This document shows, piece by piece, positions 39,101 to 49,914 of a stretch of DNA of 64,000 bases. How positions within the stretch are numbered: position 1 is the stretch's first letter; each line of letters starts with the position of its first letter. A program made the translations under genes and the position numbers. The notes under the pieces were generated by a model. The model made no database searches. It worked only from the letters and a program-made list of their open reading frames with translations, and had not been told where the DNA came from. Origin of the DNA: Saccostrea cucullata (taxonomy: Eukaryota). The DNA is taken from positions 124,001 through 188,000 of the forward strand of contig NW_026926059.1 of NCBI RefSeq assembly GCF_032062105.1, given 5' to 3'.

Positions 39101-42100
39101 ATCTGGATCAACAACTACACCGCCATTTTGATTATGAATGTAAAAGAAGCTATATGGTTGAACAATTTTTTCCTGTAATGCATTATCATGTCAGATTATA
39201 TACCTTTCTATTTTCAAAACAATTAGGCCTAGACCGCTTACATTTTGTTTGTGACTTAGTAAGATCATATGATCCAATTAAAGAAAAATCATGTAAATCT
39301 CAAATTCAAATGAGCAAATATTCATTGAGTTTAGAACAGACTTTAGAGAAAATTTGTCCTGTCGTTCCCGCTTAACAATTAGTGTTGGGCCCATTGGCAA
39401 GCTGATCGATGTCAATTAAAAAAATTTAGGTCAATTTCGGAATTGATTTCATAATATCTTAATAAGTATAAAGAATTACGGAATGAAATTTGAAGGAATG
39501 AAGATTGTTTATATATGGATAGATATGGATAAACAGTAAATTTGTAAAGCATTCAATTTAAAAGAATTTTATTGGGGAAAGTAGGTACCCTATGAAAAGA
39601 GTTCCATACCTTTATTTTTTTTAACACCTCAATTTTTTTTCTAAGTGATCTAAAGGCCTGTGGGTCAAATGAGTATATCTTTCATCACGTGCAGTGCATT
39701 AAAATAAAATACAGTAATTATCTTTGATTAGTATTGTCATGTAAGGTAAGACATCAGCAAATGTAATTTTTTTTTTTGTAACAGCTAGGCTTAGTATATA
39801 TATATTTTATTGAAATCCACATATGACATCATGTATAGTTAAGTTTATTATCATCAAATATGATTCAAATTTCCATGTTGCATTTTGATTACAATAGGCC
39901 ACGTGGTTTTCAATAAAATACCCCCCCCCCAAAAAAAAAAAATTATATTTTAAAAACTTTGTTGTCAATCAGATGAAATTGTTTTTATCATTGAAATATA
40001 TCGTTGAAAATTCAATTATATACTTGATAAAAACAAGTTTTCAATGTCTTAGTTATGTCATTCGTCTGTCATGTTGTTTTTCAATGAAATATTGAGAAAA
40101 ATTCAATATCTTCTCTTTTGGTGCACATCTTTAACTATTATAAATTTTTTTTAAATAGCTACACGAAGTCATAGTTCAAAAAGTCTTTAGATTGGACCTG
40201 GTATATAAAATGAACATCAACAAATTCATGTACCTCCCTTTAATATTTCTAATAGACCTATGTGTAATCATGGTAATTTAGATGCAGATATGAAAACGAG
40301 TCTTTTAGATTACGTATTTTACATGTACAAACCGTGATCGTGATCAACGCTGACAGGGGTTGCACTGGCGGAGTAATTGTGGTCTGTAAGGATAGCTCCC
40401 CTAATCCATCGAGTCAATTGCCCTGCAGATACTTTATCATATCTCTCCTTCTGCTTTTTCGAGACGAACCCATGGCGTCTGTACTTTGGTTTCACCATCT
40501 CAACCAAAGTTACCGCGCAGACCTTGACTTCTCGTCTGCTTTTTGTTTACATTATCGTAATCCGGTTCACATCCGCGAAATGTAAAATGCTTAGTATATG
40601 TTTGTTTTCTGGCATAAAAAATCGTTATTATGTTACTTTCTATGGATGATGATAATAATTATTTGTAGAAACTATTAATTCTCTGCCGTATTGAATTCTT
40701 TATTATAACGACATTCAGACCAATATCCGGCAGTTCGAGTTGCGCGGTGAATTCAATTTCGTCAGAAGCGAAACACCTTAAATTAATTAAAATTTTTGCT
40801 TCCCTCTTGATCTGTCTTACCCGTCCATCCCCGGTGATAGTCCCCACAAAGTTGACAGGACACCTCTCTCTGTCTGCTATCTTCTGTACCAGGCCCTGGT
40901 CCCCGGGGCTGATCAGGAGGGCGTTACTCTCCTGGTACTCGGCCCCCCACAGCTCTAGGACACTGAGGGTCGGGTCGCCCAGCTGAAACTTGGAGGCCTG
41001 AATGAGAGCACCTGCTGGTTCAGCTATCTCCTTCAGGACATTACCTGTAAATTAAACTTATCATTAACACGACTATGACATCTTAACAACCCAAAGAAAA
41101 TGATAAAGAACTTCATTAAATATAGCTGAATCTTCAATCTTTTTGGTTAAATGAACAATGAAAAATTTTTCTTCATTTCTGCTGTTGGCTACTTGTTGGC
41201 TTAAACCAATGCATTTTTGCAAAGTGAATAAAATTTTGAAAGTGAATCACTTTCAGTTAGACCCTTCCTTTGTTATATATTTATGTGACCTCTCTTTTTA
41301 TAAAATATTAATGTAATTTAAGACTCAATCTCACACTAGATCTCACCGTTTCCCCCTGCCCCCTGGTCGTGGACACTAGCTATGGGGTTCCTCTCCCTCC
41401 TCTCTATACACCCCCTGATGACACGGTTCAGTTTCTGTTCCATCTCTGGATCCCCTCGCTGGACAGCTCCGAAGTCGAGTTCCTCCTTATTGTCCCCCTG
41501 GACCTGGACAGAGGAGGCAGCCCCTCCCCCCACACCGATTCTGTAGACGGGGCCACCTACTTTGGTCACCAACATCCCTACAAAATCATACTCATTCAGA
41601 GTTGTACCATACGTCCACTACAGTGATGATGAATGCATGTACTTCTTTAATGTCAATATATAGTAAAACATTCTATTTTTATCCCAATTTGACATTCATT
41701 TCCCCAGAAGGTACACACTGAACTTTTTTTTCACAGATTCTTCACCTGGTTGAGGTACATCCTTTTTAACATGGATGTCTTCCATCTGTCCAATCCCCCC
41801 GCTGAACATGATGGGTTTGATATACTCCCTCCTCTCTCCCCCTCCGTCCGTCATACCAAAGGACCGAGCGAATCCTGCCAGTACTGGTTCTCCAAACTTG
41901 TTCCCATAGTCTGAGGCTCCGTTACTGGCCTCTATGGCTATATTTAGAGGTGATGCAAAGTTACCTGGGTAAACATAAGATGGGTCCTCCCAGGGTTGGA
42001 TGTAGCCTGAAAATAGTTTGGCTACTAGTGAAAATCTAAGCAAAGTTTTTATAAGAACTTTTTTATCTCTTAAATGGAGTTTTTAAAAGATTCTCTTATC

Positions 42101-45100
42101 AAGTTTCATTTGAGAACATTACATTATTTTTTCTGCATGTAAAAAAAAAAACATGTATACATGTCAATTGTTAAGATGAGGGTAAAGTACATGTAATAGT
42201 TACCTAAGCACGTAAATGTACTTGATGTGTACATGATACATAAAAACCAAAGACTGTGAAACATGTAGTATTACTGTCTCTTTAAAAATGTATAAATTAT
42301 GGAATATAAAAGTAATGTAATTGACCAGGAATTTTGAGATTTCCAAAGCTGTATCCAGCGGTGCCTGCCACCACATGTGCCCCCCGCCCTGTAGACTGGA
42401 CGTCTCTGATCCTGCCACCTGTCCCCGTGGTGGCCCCAGGAAAAGGAGCCACTCCTACAAAGAACAGATTACATCAGATCAGTATGAAGAAAATGTTTTT
42501 AAAAAAACACTTTTTTTCAGAAACCTGTTAAGTTATAAAGCATCTTTTTTTATATACATAATTATGAACTTCCTTTTATTTGTTACAGTGTAAGGAAGTC
42601 AGTAATATTTAACCTGTTGGGAAGTTATGAGTCTCTGCTGTGAAGATAACATGTCTTTTGATATTTTCTAATTCTGACATGGCACTCGGCGCTGTAGGGT
42701 CACTAGGAACCAGAACTGTCGTCTCAAACCCCTCAATGGCACTGAAACAAGCAAAGCGAGCAATCAAATGGTCAACTAGAAATTCCTAAACATTCCTTTA
42801 ACTATACATTGATATATCAATATCACTAAGAATGAAAAGTTTTTATATGTAAGATAACCACAAAAAGACCAGCATACCTGCTATTATCTGAGAATTTAAT
42901 GACATTATTTGAGTTTGAATGTTTCTGAGTCTCCATTATCATTTTGAACAGGGAATCAGGATGTTCCTTCCCATCCACCTCTAATCGCCCGCGGAAAAAC
43001 CAGTGACGGCTATGCTCACTGTCAAAAGGAAAAAACATTCATGTTAACACTGAGATACACTTTTAATATATATATTTTTATTCTTTTAAACAATAAAATG
43101 CTTTCTTTGTTTGTTGTTACTGGAATGAACGGAAGCAGCTGTTGCAGAAAAAATACATAACCCGCGTAAGAGGGTTATGTAAATTTTTTCTGCAATAGCT
43201 GCGACCGTTCATTCCAGTAACAACAAACAAAGAAAGACATTTTATTGTTTATATTTATATCTGTTTAAATTATCATTTTATTAAGGCCAGCATTTTTTTA
43301 TTTTTAGGTTTACAAACCCGCCGCTCAAGTTTTTGAATTTTCAGAAAAAAAATAAAATTGAGAAAAACAGATTTTTTTCTTTCCGATCTAAAATTTGAGT
43401 CGGGATCGAGATTTCAAATTTACGAACTCGTACTTCCGGTTTTGAATTGAACATGGCGGGTAAATGAAGAAAGATTTGTAAAGTCCATAGCAGCACTAAA
43501 GCTTGGTTTAATGTAAATATTTATCAATAGGAGTGCCATTCAAAACGTTTCACCCGTTCAGAGAACATTTACAATGCTGACGACTTTGTTGCACAATGAC
43601 ATGTTGGTGAGATATTTATGTATCCGTATTCAAAAGTATCTGTTGTAAATTATTTTCCTCCCACAGGTTTAAAACTGCCCATGGTAGCTATTGCCAGAGA
43701 CATTGTTTAGGTTTCTGTAACTTATAGCTTACAGTCTTAGATCTAGCATCATTCTTCAGAATAGGGTCGCTTATTAAGAATCAGATGTAATGAATAAAAC
43801 TATGGGAGAAGTTAAGTCCATTTGAGGAAGAAATAAACAATGGCCCAAAGAAATAAAATATTTCAACTATTTAAAAACAAGGATATACAAATATATACAG
43901 GCATGTATAGTATCGTTTATGACAGCCAGAAAAATTAAATTATTTTACACTTAATTGAAAAAATTCCACCCTACTCCCCAATACTCCCTGTCTGTTTAAT
44001 GTTTTATGAGAGAAATTATTATTTTAGGTCTCAAGATTATTAATATTTTAGAACAATTTCTACACATTCACCTAACACATATTAAAAACAAAAATGAAGA
44101 TGTATTGAAAGAGTTCTAAAAACTTGATTTTTTTTAAAAAATCTGTATTTTGTCCAACATCACAAGATTTATATCACTGGCCCCAACTGGTAGATGATTT
44201 AATAAACAATTAAAGGTTCTATTTTCCCCTTTTTTAATCCTTATGTGTCCAGTGGCAAGGAGCCTGTTAGGAGAGCATAAAAAAAGAAGCAAAAATTAAT
44301 GTAGAAAAGTCGATAATGTATCCGAAATATGATTTTATTTTTTTTTTTTATTTCCTCCTCCTACGGGACTTTTTCATTCTGATGTTCATAAACCTAAAAA
44401 TAAAAAAATGCTGGCCTAAGTAGGATTAAAATTATTAATTATTGTGTTAATGATGCGAACGTCTTTGTACGTTTCATTGATGGAACGGCCACTGATCAAG
44501 AAATATGTACAGGTGATATGCCTAATGTAGTTTATGCAGGGATGAACGCAATGGGTTTTCTTAAGAAATAAAGAAGAAAATATTCAGTGGATGTAACTAG
44601 AAAACTGACCAGTCAGCAAGGGCCCCACCATGGGATAGAATTATAAGGGTGCAGCTTGCGGAATGATTCAAAACAATTCAAAACAACTCTATATGTTCCT
44701 TCAATGAATGCAAATATCATGAAGGCTTGACCTTAACTTCAAAACAAACAGCAATTGCAGAAAAAGGTTTTCATTAATCTTAAAGTGACAGCTAAAGATA
44801 AGCCTTCCAAATTTTCTACAGCAGGCTAGTCTGGCTAGATAATTAATCCCAAGGGATTAATTGTACTTCTCTCTCATCATTTTCATTTAAATTTACAAGA
44901 AGAACTTTTTCATTAATGATAGAATGAGGTTTTTATCAAGGTACCTTAAAAATTGATAATAATATTCTTGAATTTACATAAAGCAAATATTTTTAAAATT
45001 CAATGAAATCAGAACTCATTGTGTAGGATATTTTAACAAAAATAAAGTATAAACATTTATACTTAACTCCACGTTTCAGAGTTTTCATAGCATTCCAAAT

Positions 45101-48100
45101 TGACTACAAATTTCATTTGCAGACAGAGGTGGTAATTCATCTCAATGTGACAGATAAAGATAATGCTCTGGATTTTCTTCAGGAGGAAAGCTAATTAATC
45201 TCAAGGGACTCATTGCAGTATTCCGTTTACAATGGGAACATATTCAGCAGTTATCTCTCTTTGCCAATTCATTCTTATATAAAGTTAAGGAATCTACCCC
45301 ACCACCCCAGCTCCAAACCAGAGGACATAGAGAAACAAACTTAGCATCAAAATATGTCTTTCTGCCTACTGAACTACCATACCAAATTTGAACTTATTTG
45401 GTCAACCATAAAAAAAATTATTAGGAAAAAACAGAAAATTTGTGGACGGAAGAATGACAGACGGACAGACGGACAGACAGAGTGATTACTATAGGGCACC
45501 CGCAAATCCTTGCGGGGCCCTAAATATTTCACTATAAATGAAACTTTAAGAAAGCAATGGGGTATGATACAAGTATCCAGAGAAATTCCAATTGCAGCTA
45601 CTCAGCCCTCCTTACATCAGGGTCCTGTGTCAACTTGTTGCTGTGGAATCCCTGAAAAGTTTCATTTGATATCTTACCAGCATATATTTCATTAGTTGTT
45701 TTTTTTTTGTTTTTTTTTTTGGAAGGGGGGGTCATAGACCTACAGCAATGGGTTGATATAGGTCTCTTGATGTTGTGAAGATGCTTCACAGCTGTACATA
45801 CATATGACTGTATTTTTATGGTGTTGATGTCTGTAAAGAATGGTTACTTCTCTGACTGGGGAGATACTGGGCATTTACCAGATAGTCTGGCGAGTTTCCT
45901 GTTAGAGTGGACAATTACCAGTTAGAGTAATGTTACCTGTTAGACTGGGTAGTTAGAGTAATAAGTTACCTGGGGTCAACTCCAATATAAGGGTATGTAG
46001 TTCCTATGCGGAAGCTTGTACATATATAAAAGTAGTGATTCGGTTCTATTGTTGACCGTGGACAGTTGACAGTTGACATTTAACTATTTCTACTGTCGAC
46101 CGGGGACAGTTGACAGTTGACATTTAATCATTTCTACTGTCGACCAGGGACAGTTGACAGTTGGTTGGTCTCGCATTTATAACTGTGATAAGGGTTAGTC
46201 TTGCATTCATAAGTGTGACTAGGGTTAGTCTCGTATTAATAGCTGTGATTAGAGTTGGTCTCGCATTAATAGCTGTAATTAGGGTTAGTCTCCCATTAAT
46301 AGCTGTGATTAGGGTTAGTCTCGTATAAATAGCTGTGATTAGGTTAGTTTCGTATAAATAGCTATGATTAGGGTTAGTTTCGTATAAATAGCTGTGATTA
46401 GGGTTAGTTTCGTATAAAAGCTGTGATTAGGGTTAGTTTCGTATAAATAGCTGTGATTAGGGTTAGTCTCATATAAATAGCTGTGATTAGGGTTAGTTTC
46501 GCATTTAAAGCTGTGATTAGGGTTAGTATTGCATTAATAGCTGTGATTAGGGTTAGTTTCGCATTTATAGCTGTGATTAGGGTTAGTTTCGCATTTATAG
46601 CTGTGATTAGGGTTAGTTTCGCATTTATAGCTGTGATTAGGGTTAGTGTCCCCAGTCGAGAGAAGAACATATAGAAAGTGTCAACTGTCAACCGTCGACC
46701 TGTCCCCTGTCGACACTAGAACACAAGGGAAGTGTCAACTGTCAACCTGTCCCCGGTCGACACTAGAACACAAGGGAAGTGTCAACTGTCAACCTGTCTC
46801 CGGTCGACACTAGAACACAATGGAAGTGTCAACTGTCAACCGTCGACCTGTCCCTGGTTGACAGTATATCATATAGAAAGTGTCAACTGTCAACCGTCGA
46901 CCTTTCCCCAGTCGACACTAGAACACAAGGGAAGTGTCAACTGTCAACCGTCGACCTGTCCCCGGTCGACACTAGAACACAAGGGAAGTGTCAACTGTCA
47001 ACCGTCCTGTCCCCAGTCAACAGTATATCATATGGAAAGTGTCAACTGTCAACCATCGACCTGTCCCCGGTCGACACTAGAACACAAAGGAAGTGTCAAC
47101 TGTCAACCGTCGACCTTTCCCCAGTCGACACTAGAACACAAGGGAAGTGTCAACTGTGAACCATCGACCTGTCCCCAGTCGACAGTAGATCATATGGAAA
47201 GTGTCAACTGTCAACCGTCGACCTGTCCCCGGTCGACACTAGAACACAATGGAAGTGTCAACTGTCAACCGTCGACCTGTCCCCGGTCGACAGTATATCA
47301 TATAGAAAGTGTCAACTGTCAACTGTCGACCTGTCCCTGGTGGACACTAGAACACAAGGGAAGTGTCAACTGTCAACCGTCGACCTGTCCCTGGTTGACA
47401 GTAGATCATATGGAAAGTGTCAACTGTCGACCTGTCCCCGGTCGACACTAGAACACAAGGGAAGTGTCAACTGTCAACCGTCGACCTGTCCCCGGTTGAC
47501 AGTAGATCGTATGGAAAGTGTCAACTGTCAACCGTCGACCTGTCCCCGGTCGACACTAGAACACAAGGGAAGTGTCAACTGTCAACCGTCGACCTGTCCC
47601 CGGTTGACAGTAGATCGTATGGGAAGTGTCAACTGTCAACCGTCGATCTGTCCCCGGTCGACACTAGAACACAAGGGAAGTGTCAACTGTCAACCGTCGA
47701 TCTGTCCCCGGTCGACACTAGAACACAAGGGAAGTGTCAACTGTCAACCGTCGACCTGTTTCCGGTCGACAGTAGATCATATGGAAAGTGTCAACTGTCA
47801 ACCGTGAACCCATCCCTGGTCCCTGTGTGGAATGTAGAAATATTTAACTCCATAACATTACTACAATATACAGTGATGTATGAATATGTTAATATTGTTT
47901 CAGTCAAAGTACTACTTTATCCTTATATTGGAGTTGAGCTGTTACCTGTTAGACTGGGTAGTTAGAGTAATGTTACCTGTTAGACTGGGCCAGATCAAAA
48001 CACTCCACATTGGTAGGGTTTCTTTTTATCTTCTCTCTAAATAACTCCGTGTAATAATCCAAATCCCAGTTATCGAAAGCCAACCCTGTTAAGAGACAGA

Positions 48101-49914
48101 ATAAATCAACTGCAGTTTTATCGATTGAAAGAAACCTTCCAATGTTATTCATAGCAGATCAAAGTAAAACAAAATAAATTTGACAGAAATATAGGCATAT
48201 ACATGTACATATAAGTACTTCTGACTGGAAAGAAGATATTTTTAACCCCCAAATTACAGAAATGTGTACTAGTATTAGTGAAAATTTTCTGTCAGCGAAG
48301 ACACTCTATTGGTTCTTATTTTAGATGGTTATTTCCCCTTTAAATACATATATGAACCCCACAAAAAAACTTTCTTCCTATTATTGGCACTGTATCATTG
48401 TTTTACCTAAAAATTACATCAGGAAATTCAGGATAGAAGTATTCTTGCGATATCACTCACTTTCTATAATTACCTTGCTTTTCACTGGCTTTTTCTAAAG
48501 CCTCTCTGCCTTCCCCCATAACGTCTATTTCATAAACATCCTCAGGCTTGACCTCGAGGTTAAAGGTCTCCACTGGGGTTAAATAACGACACTGGGTCAT
48601 TTTGTCGTGAATACTGTCTACAACCTTCTGTTCTTCCTCGCCATCTAGCTGGAAATCCTCCGTAAACGTTAGGAGATAACGTGTGGAGAATTCGATTCTA
48701 GTCACGTCAGTAATTCCCACCGATTTACAGATAGACACTGTGTTTGTGGAGAATGGAGTAGAAAAATTTAATCTGAAATGGAACATTTCTCTGTTACTGC
48801 CTGAAATTTTTTATTTCATGTAATTTCAGAAGTATCATATCTCCTGGTTTGAAGCAAAAATAAAGGAAAGAAAATGTGCATTCCTAAATATTTCAATTTT
48901 CATGTTTTTAAAATTTATACAGTGTGGTCTTGTTAATACAATGTACCAACATTATTGATGTTAACCCAAAAATATAATTCTGATAAAATTTCACCAAGAA
49001 TTCTTACTTTAAGTAGCCATGGCTATGTTGTACTGTTCATTGAAATCCTAAACTTTTATACCGAATTAAGCATGTTTACAAAAATTCCTGGTGTAACAAG
49101 ATTTTATCAAAATCAGGCCGTGCAAACTGAAAAGTTTCAGAGAGATAGAAAGCCAGATACATGTAGCTAGATAAATGGCCAGTTAGACAGATGACGGACA
49201 CAAAAGAAATGTGTAAGCTCTTACAATTAACAGTAAGTTAAATTATGAATGCATCAGGGATGCAGGTGGACTTCTAGTGTGACACAAACCTTGGTCCAAT
49301 TTCTATGAGGCAGGTGTTTCCCCCTGGTTGTTCAAATGAACTCTTTCTGGTGACATCATTTTCCAGGAATGGGGTGCTTAGTACCCAAACAAGTCTGGAA
49401 TAAGTTTCCAAATCCACATCTGAAAATATCAGTATGAAAGAGCTGTGTATACATCAGAAATACAAAACATTAAAAATATAGCTGTATCTGCTACAACAGC
49501 TATATAAAAACAATACAAGACTTTCCTCTCTGGGAAGAAAGATTATTTTCACTGAACCATTAAAAGATTATTATAAAACATTAATCACTTAGAATACCTG
49601 TGGCAGTCTGTCTTATGATACAAGCTATTATTATTTTATTAAATGTTTGAATCATCATATAAAAACACATTTACGTCCTGACTGATAATTTACCCTCTGA
49701 TGTAAACTGGACATAGAAGCATGTCTCGATCTGGACTTTACGCAGATCGTCTCCGATGAGAGATTTAATTTTCTGGTAGGTCACGTCCTCCGCTCGGGGA
49801 TAACTGCAAGATTTTTTGAACAGCTTCAGCAACAGAGGTTTCACCTAAAATAGTTTTTAAAGAAATATTAAATTTTCAAGATGAAAAAAAACATAATTGC
49901 ATATCACATACCAT
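15665..49914 (-). CDS. PFAS: Phosphoribosylformylglycinamidine synthase (FGAM synthase), about 25 coding exons, including 49914-49912 (ATG), 49844-49694, 49419-49290, ~48772-48474, ~48086-47977, ~43018-42878, ~42741-42613, ~42455-42324, ~42006-41746, ~41577-41347, ~41044-40821, 27802-27674, ~27492-27360, ~27180-27076, ~26844-26719, ~26456-26275, 21586-21503, ~21059-20904, ~19777-19662, ~19503-19345, ~18420-18215, ~17845-17638, ~17454-17305, ~16973-16809, ~15972-15665
   Basis: PurL motifs [100 protein letters not shown], and glutaminase GVCNGCQ and MPHPER. Confidence 0.95.
18652..19262 (+). mobile_element. HINE/Helentron-like repeat with internal ~167-bp tandem units
   Basis: Starts AACAAGAGATGTTTGT, has three related units, a GACA/GACC tract and a 3' hairpin GCCTTCCCTTCTTCGAAGGGAGGC. 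Confidence 0.6.
19905..20852. mobile_element. Tc1/mariner-like non-autonomous element
   Basis: TA-CAGTAAAATTTGTCTAATCCGG ... CCGGTTTGGACAAATTATACTG-TA, i.e. CAGT termini with TA flanks. Confidence 0.7.
21503..25900. repeat. Exon-derived tandem array: ~47-62-bp monomers in a 785-bp higher-order repeat
   Basis: The monomer is the PFAS acceptor plus the first part of exon 21586-21503. Full exon copies have low ends at 21746, 22412, 23197, 23982 and 24767. The tail degenerates out to about 25900. Confidence 0.95.
25983..26158. mobile_element. Short Tc1/mariner-like MITE
   Basis: TA-CAGCAAAACTCGTT ... AACAAAGTTTTACTG-TA. Confidence 0.6.
26796..27050. repeat. 3 x 85-bp tandem duplication of a PFAS intron/exon junction
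   Basis: TTATCAGGCCTTTGA starts at 26796, 26881 and 26966. Confidence 0.85.
30190..30528. repeat. 3 x 112-bp tandem repeat within a HINE-like insert
   Basis: GTTGGAATTGGTTTTAGACG at 30190, 30302 and 30414. Confidence 0.85.
30739..40498 (-). CDS. DDE transposase fused to a DEDDh 3'-5' exonuclease, ~883 aa; exons 40498-40333, 38716-38511, 38246-38150, 37556-37376, 36623-36538, 35063-34273, 34105-33966, 32671-32484, 31535-30739
   Basis: All GT-AG junctions are phase-compatible and the exons sum to 2652 nt. Motifs: Cys-rich N-terminal region, [15 protein letters not shown]...[48 protein letters not shown]; exonuclease [25 protein letters not shown]. Confidence 0.85.
35994..36432. mobile_element. 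MITE nested in a transposase intron
   Basis: Inverted ends AAAAAA(A/G)ATATGTTTGTTTCCTGTAAC and GTTACAGGAAACAAACATATCTTTTTT. Confidence 0.65.
43285..44416. mobile_element. PIF/Harbinger-like non-autonomous element
   Basis: About 28-bp TIRs GGCCAGCATTTTTTTATTTTTAGGTTTA with TAA on both flanks. Confidence 0.7.
44595..45523 (+). mobile_element. HINE/Helentron-like repeat, copy 2 of the 3405-4680 family
   Basis: Colinear similarity to 3405-4680, including the same 3' hairpin; lacks the internal duplication. Confidence 0.75.
45973..47940. mobile_element. Satellite-bearing TIR element with an 8-bp TSD
   Basis: GTTACCTG at 45965-45972 and 47941-47948. TIR core TCAACTCCAATATAAGG / CCTTATATTGGAGTTGA. 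Internal 30-bp array (about 46165-46647) and 54-bp array (about 46650-47805). Confidence 0.8.

Larger units (their letters stand above)
28082..40777 (-). mobile_element. Kolobok-type autonomous DNA transposon (12.7 kb) in a PFAS intron
   Basis: TTAA at 28078-28081 and 40778-40781. TIRs GGTGTTTGGCTTCTGAC and GTCAGAAGCGAAACACC match at 16/17. Internal DDE transposase gene. Confidence 0.85.

Noticed and set aside
28078-40781. piggyBac or true Mutator assignment for the large element
   Set aside because: The termini are GG rather than piggyBac's CC(Y), and the TSD is TTAA rather than 9 bp; this fits Kolobok better.
46165-46647. Interstitial telomere
   Set aside because: Only one TTAGGG per 30-bp unit, inside a TIR element; not a (TTAGGG)n tract.
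46404-47965. Long repetitive ORFs ([10 protein letters not shown]..., [10 protein letters not shown]...)
   Set aside because: They arise from stop-free 54-bp and 30-bp repeat units and are open in several frames.
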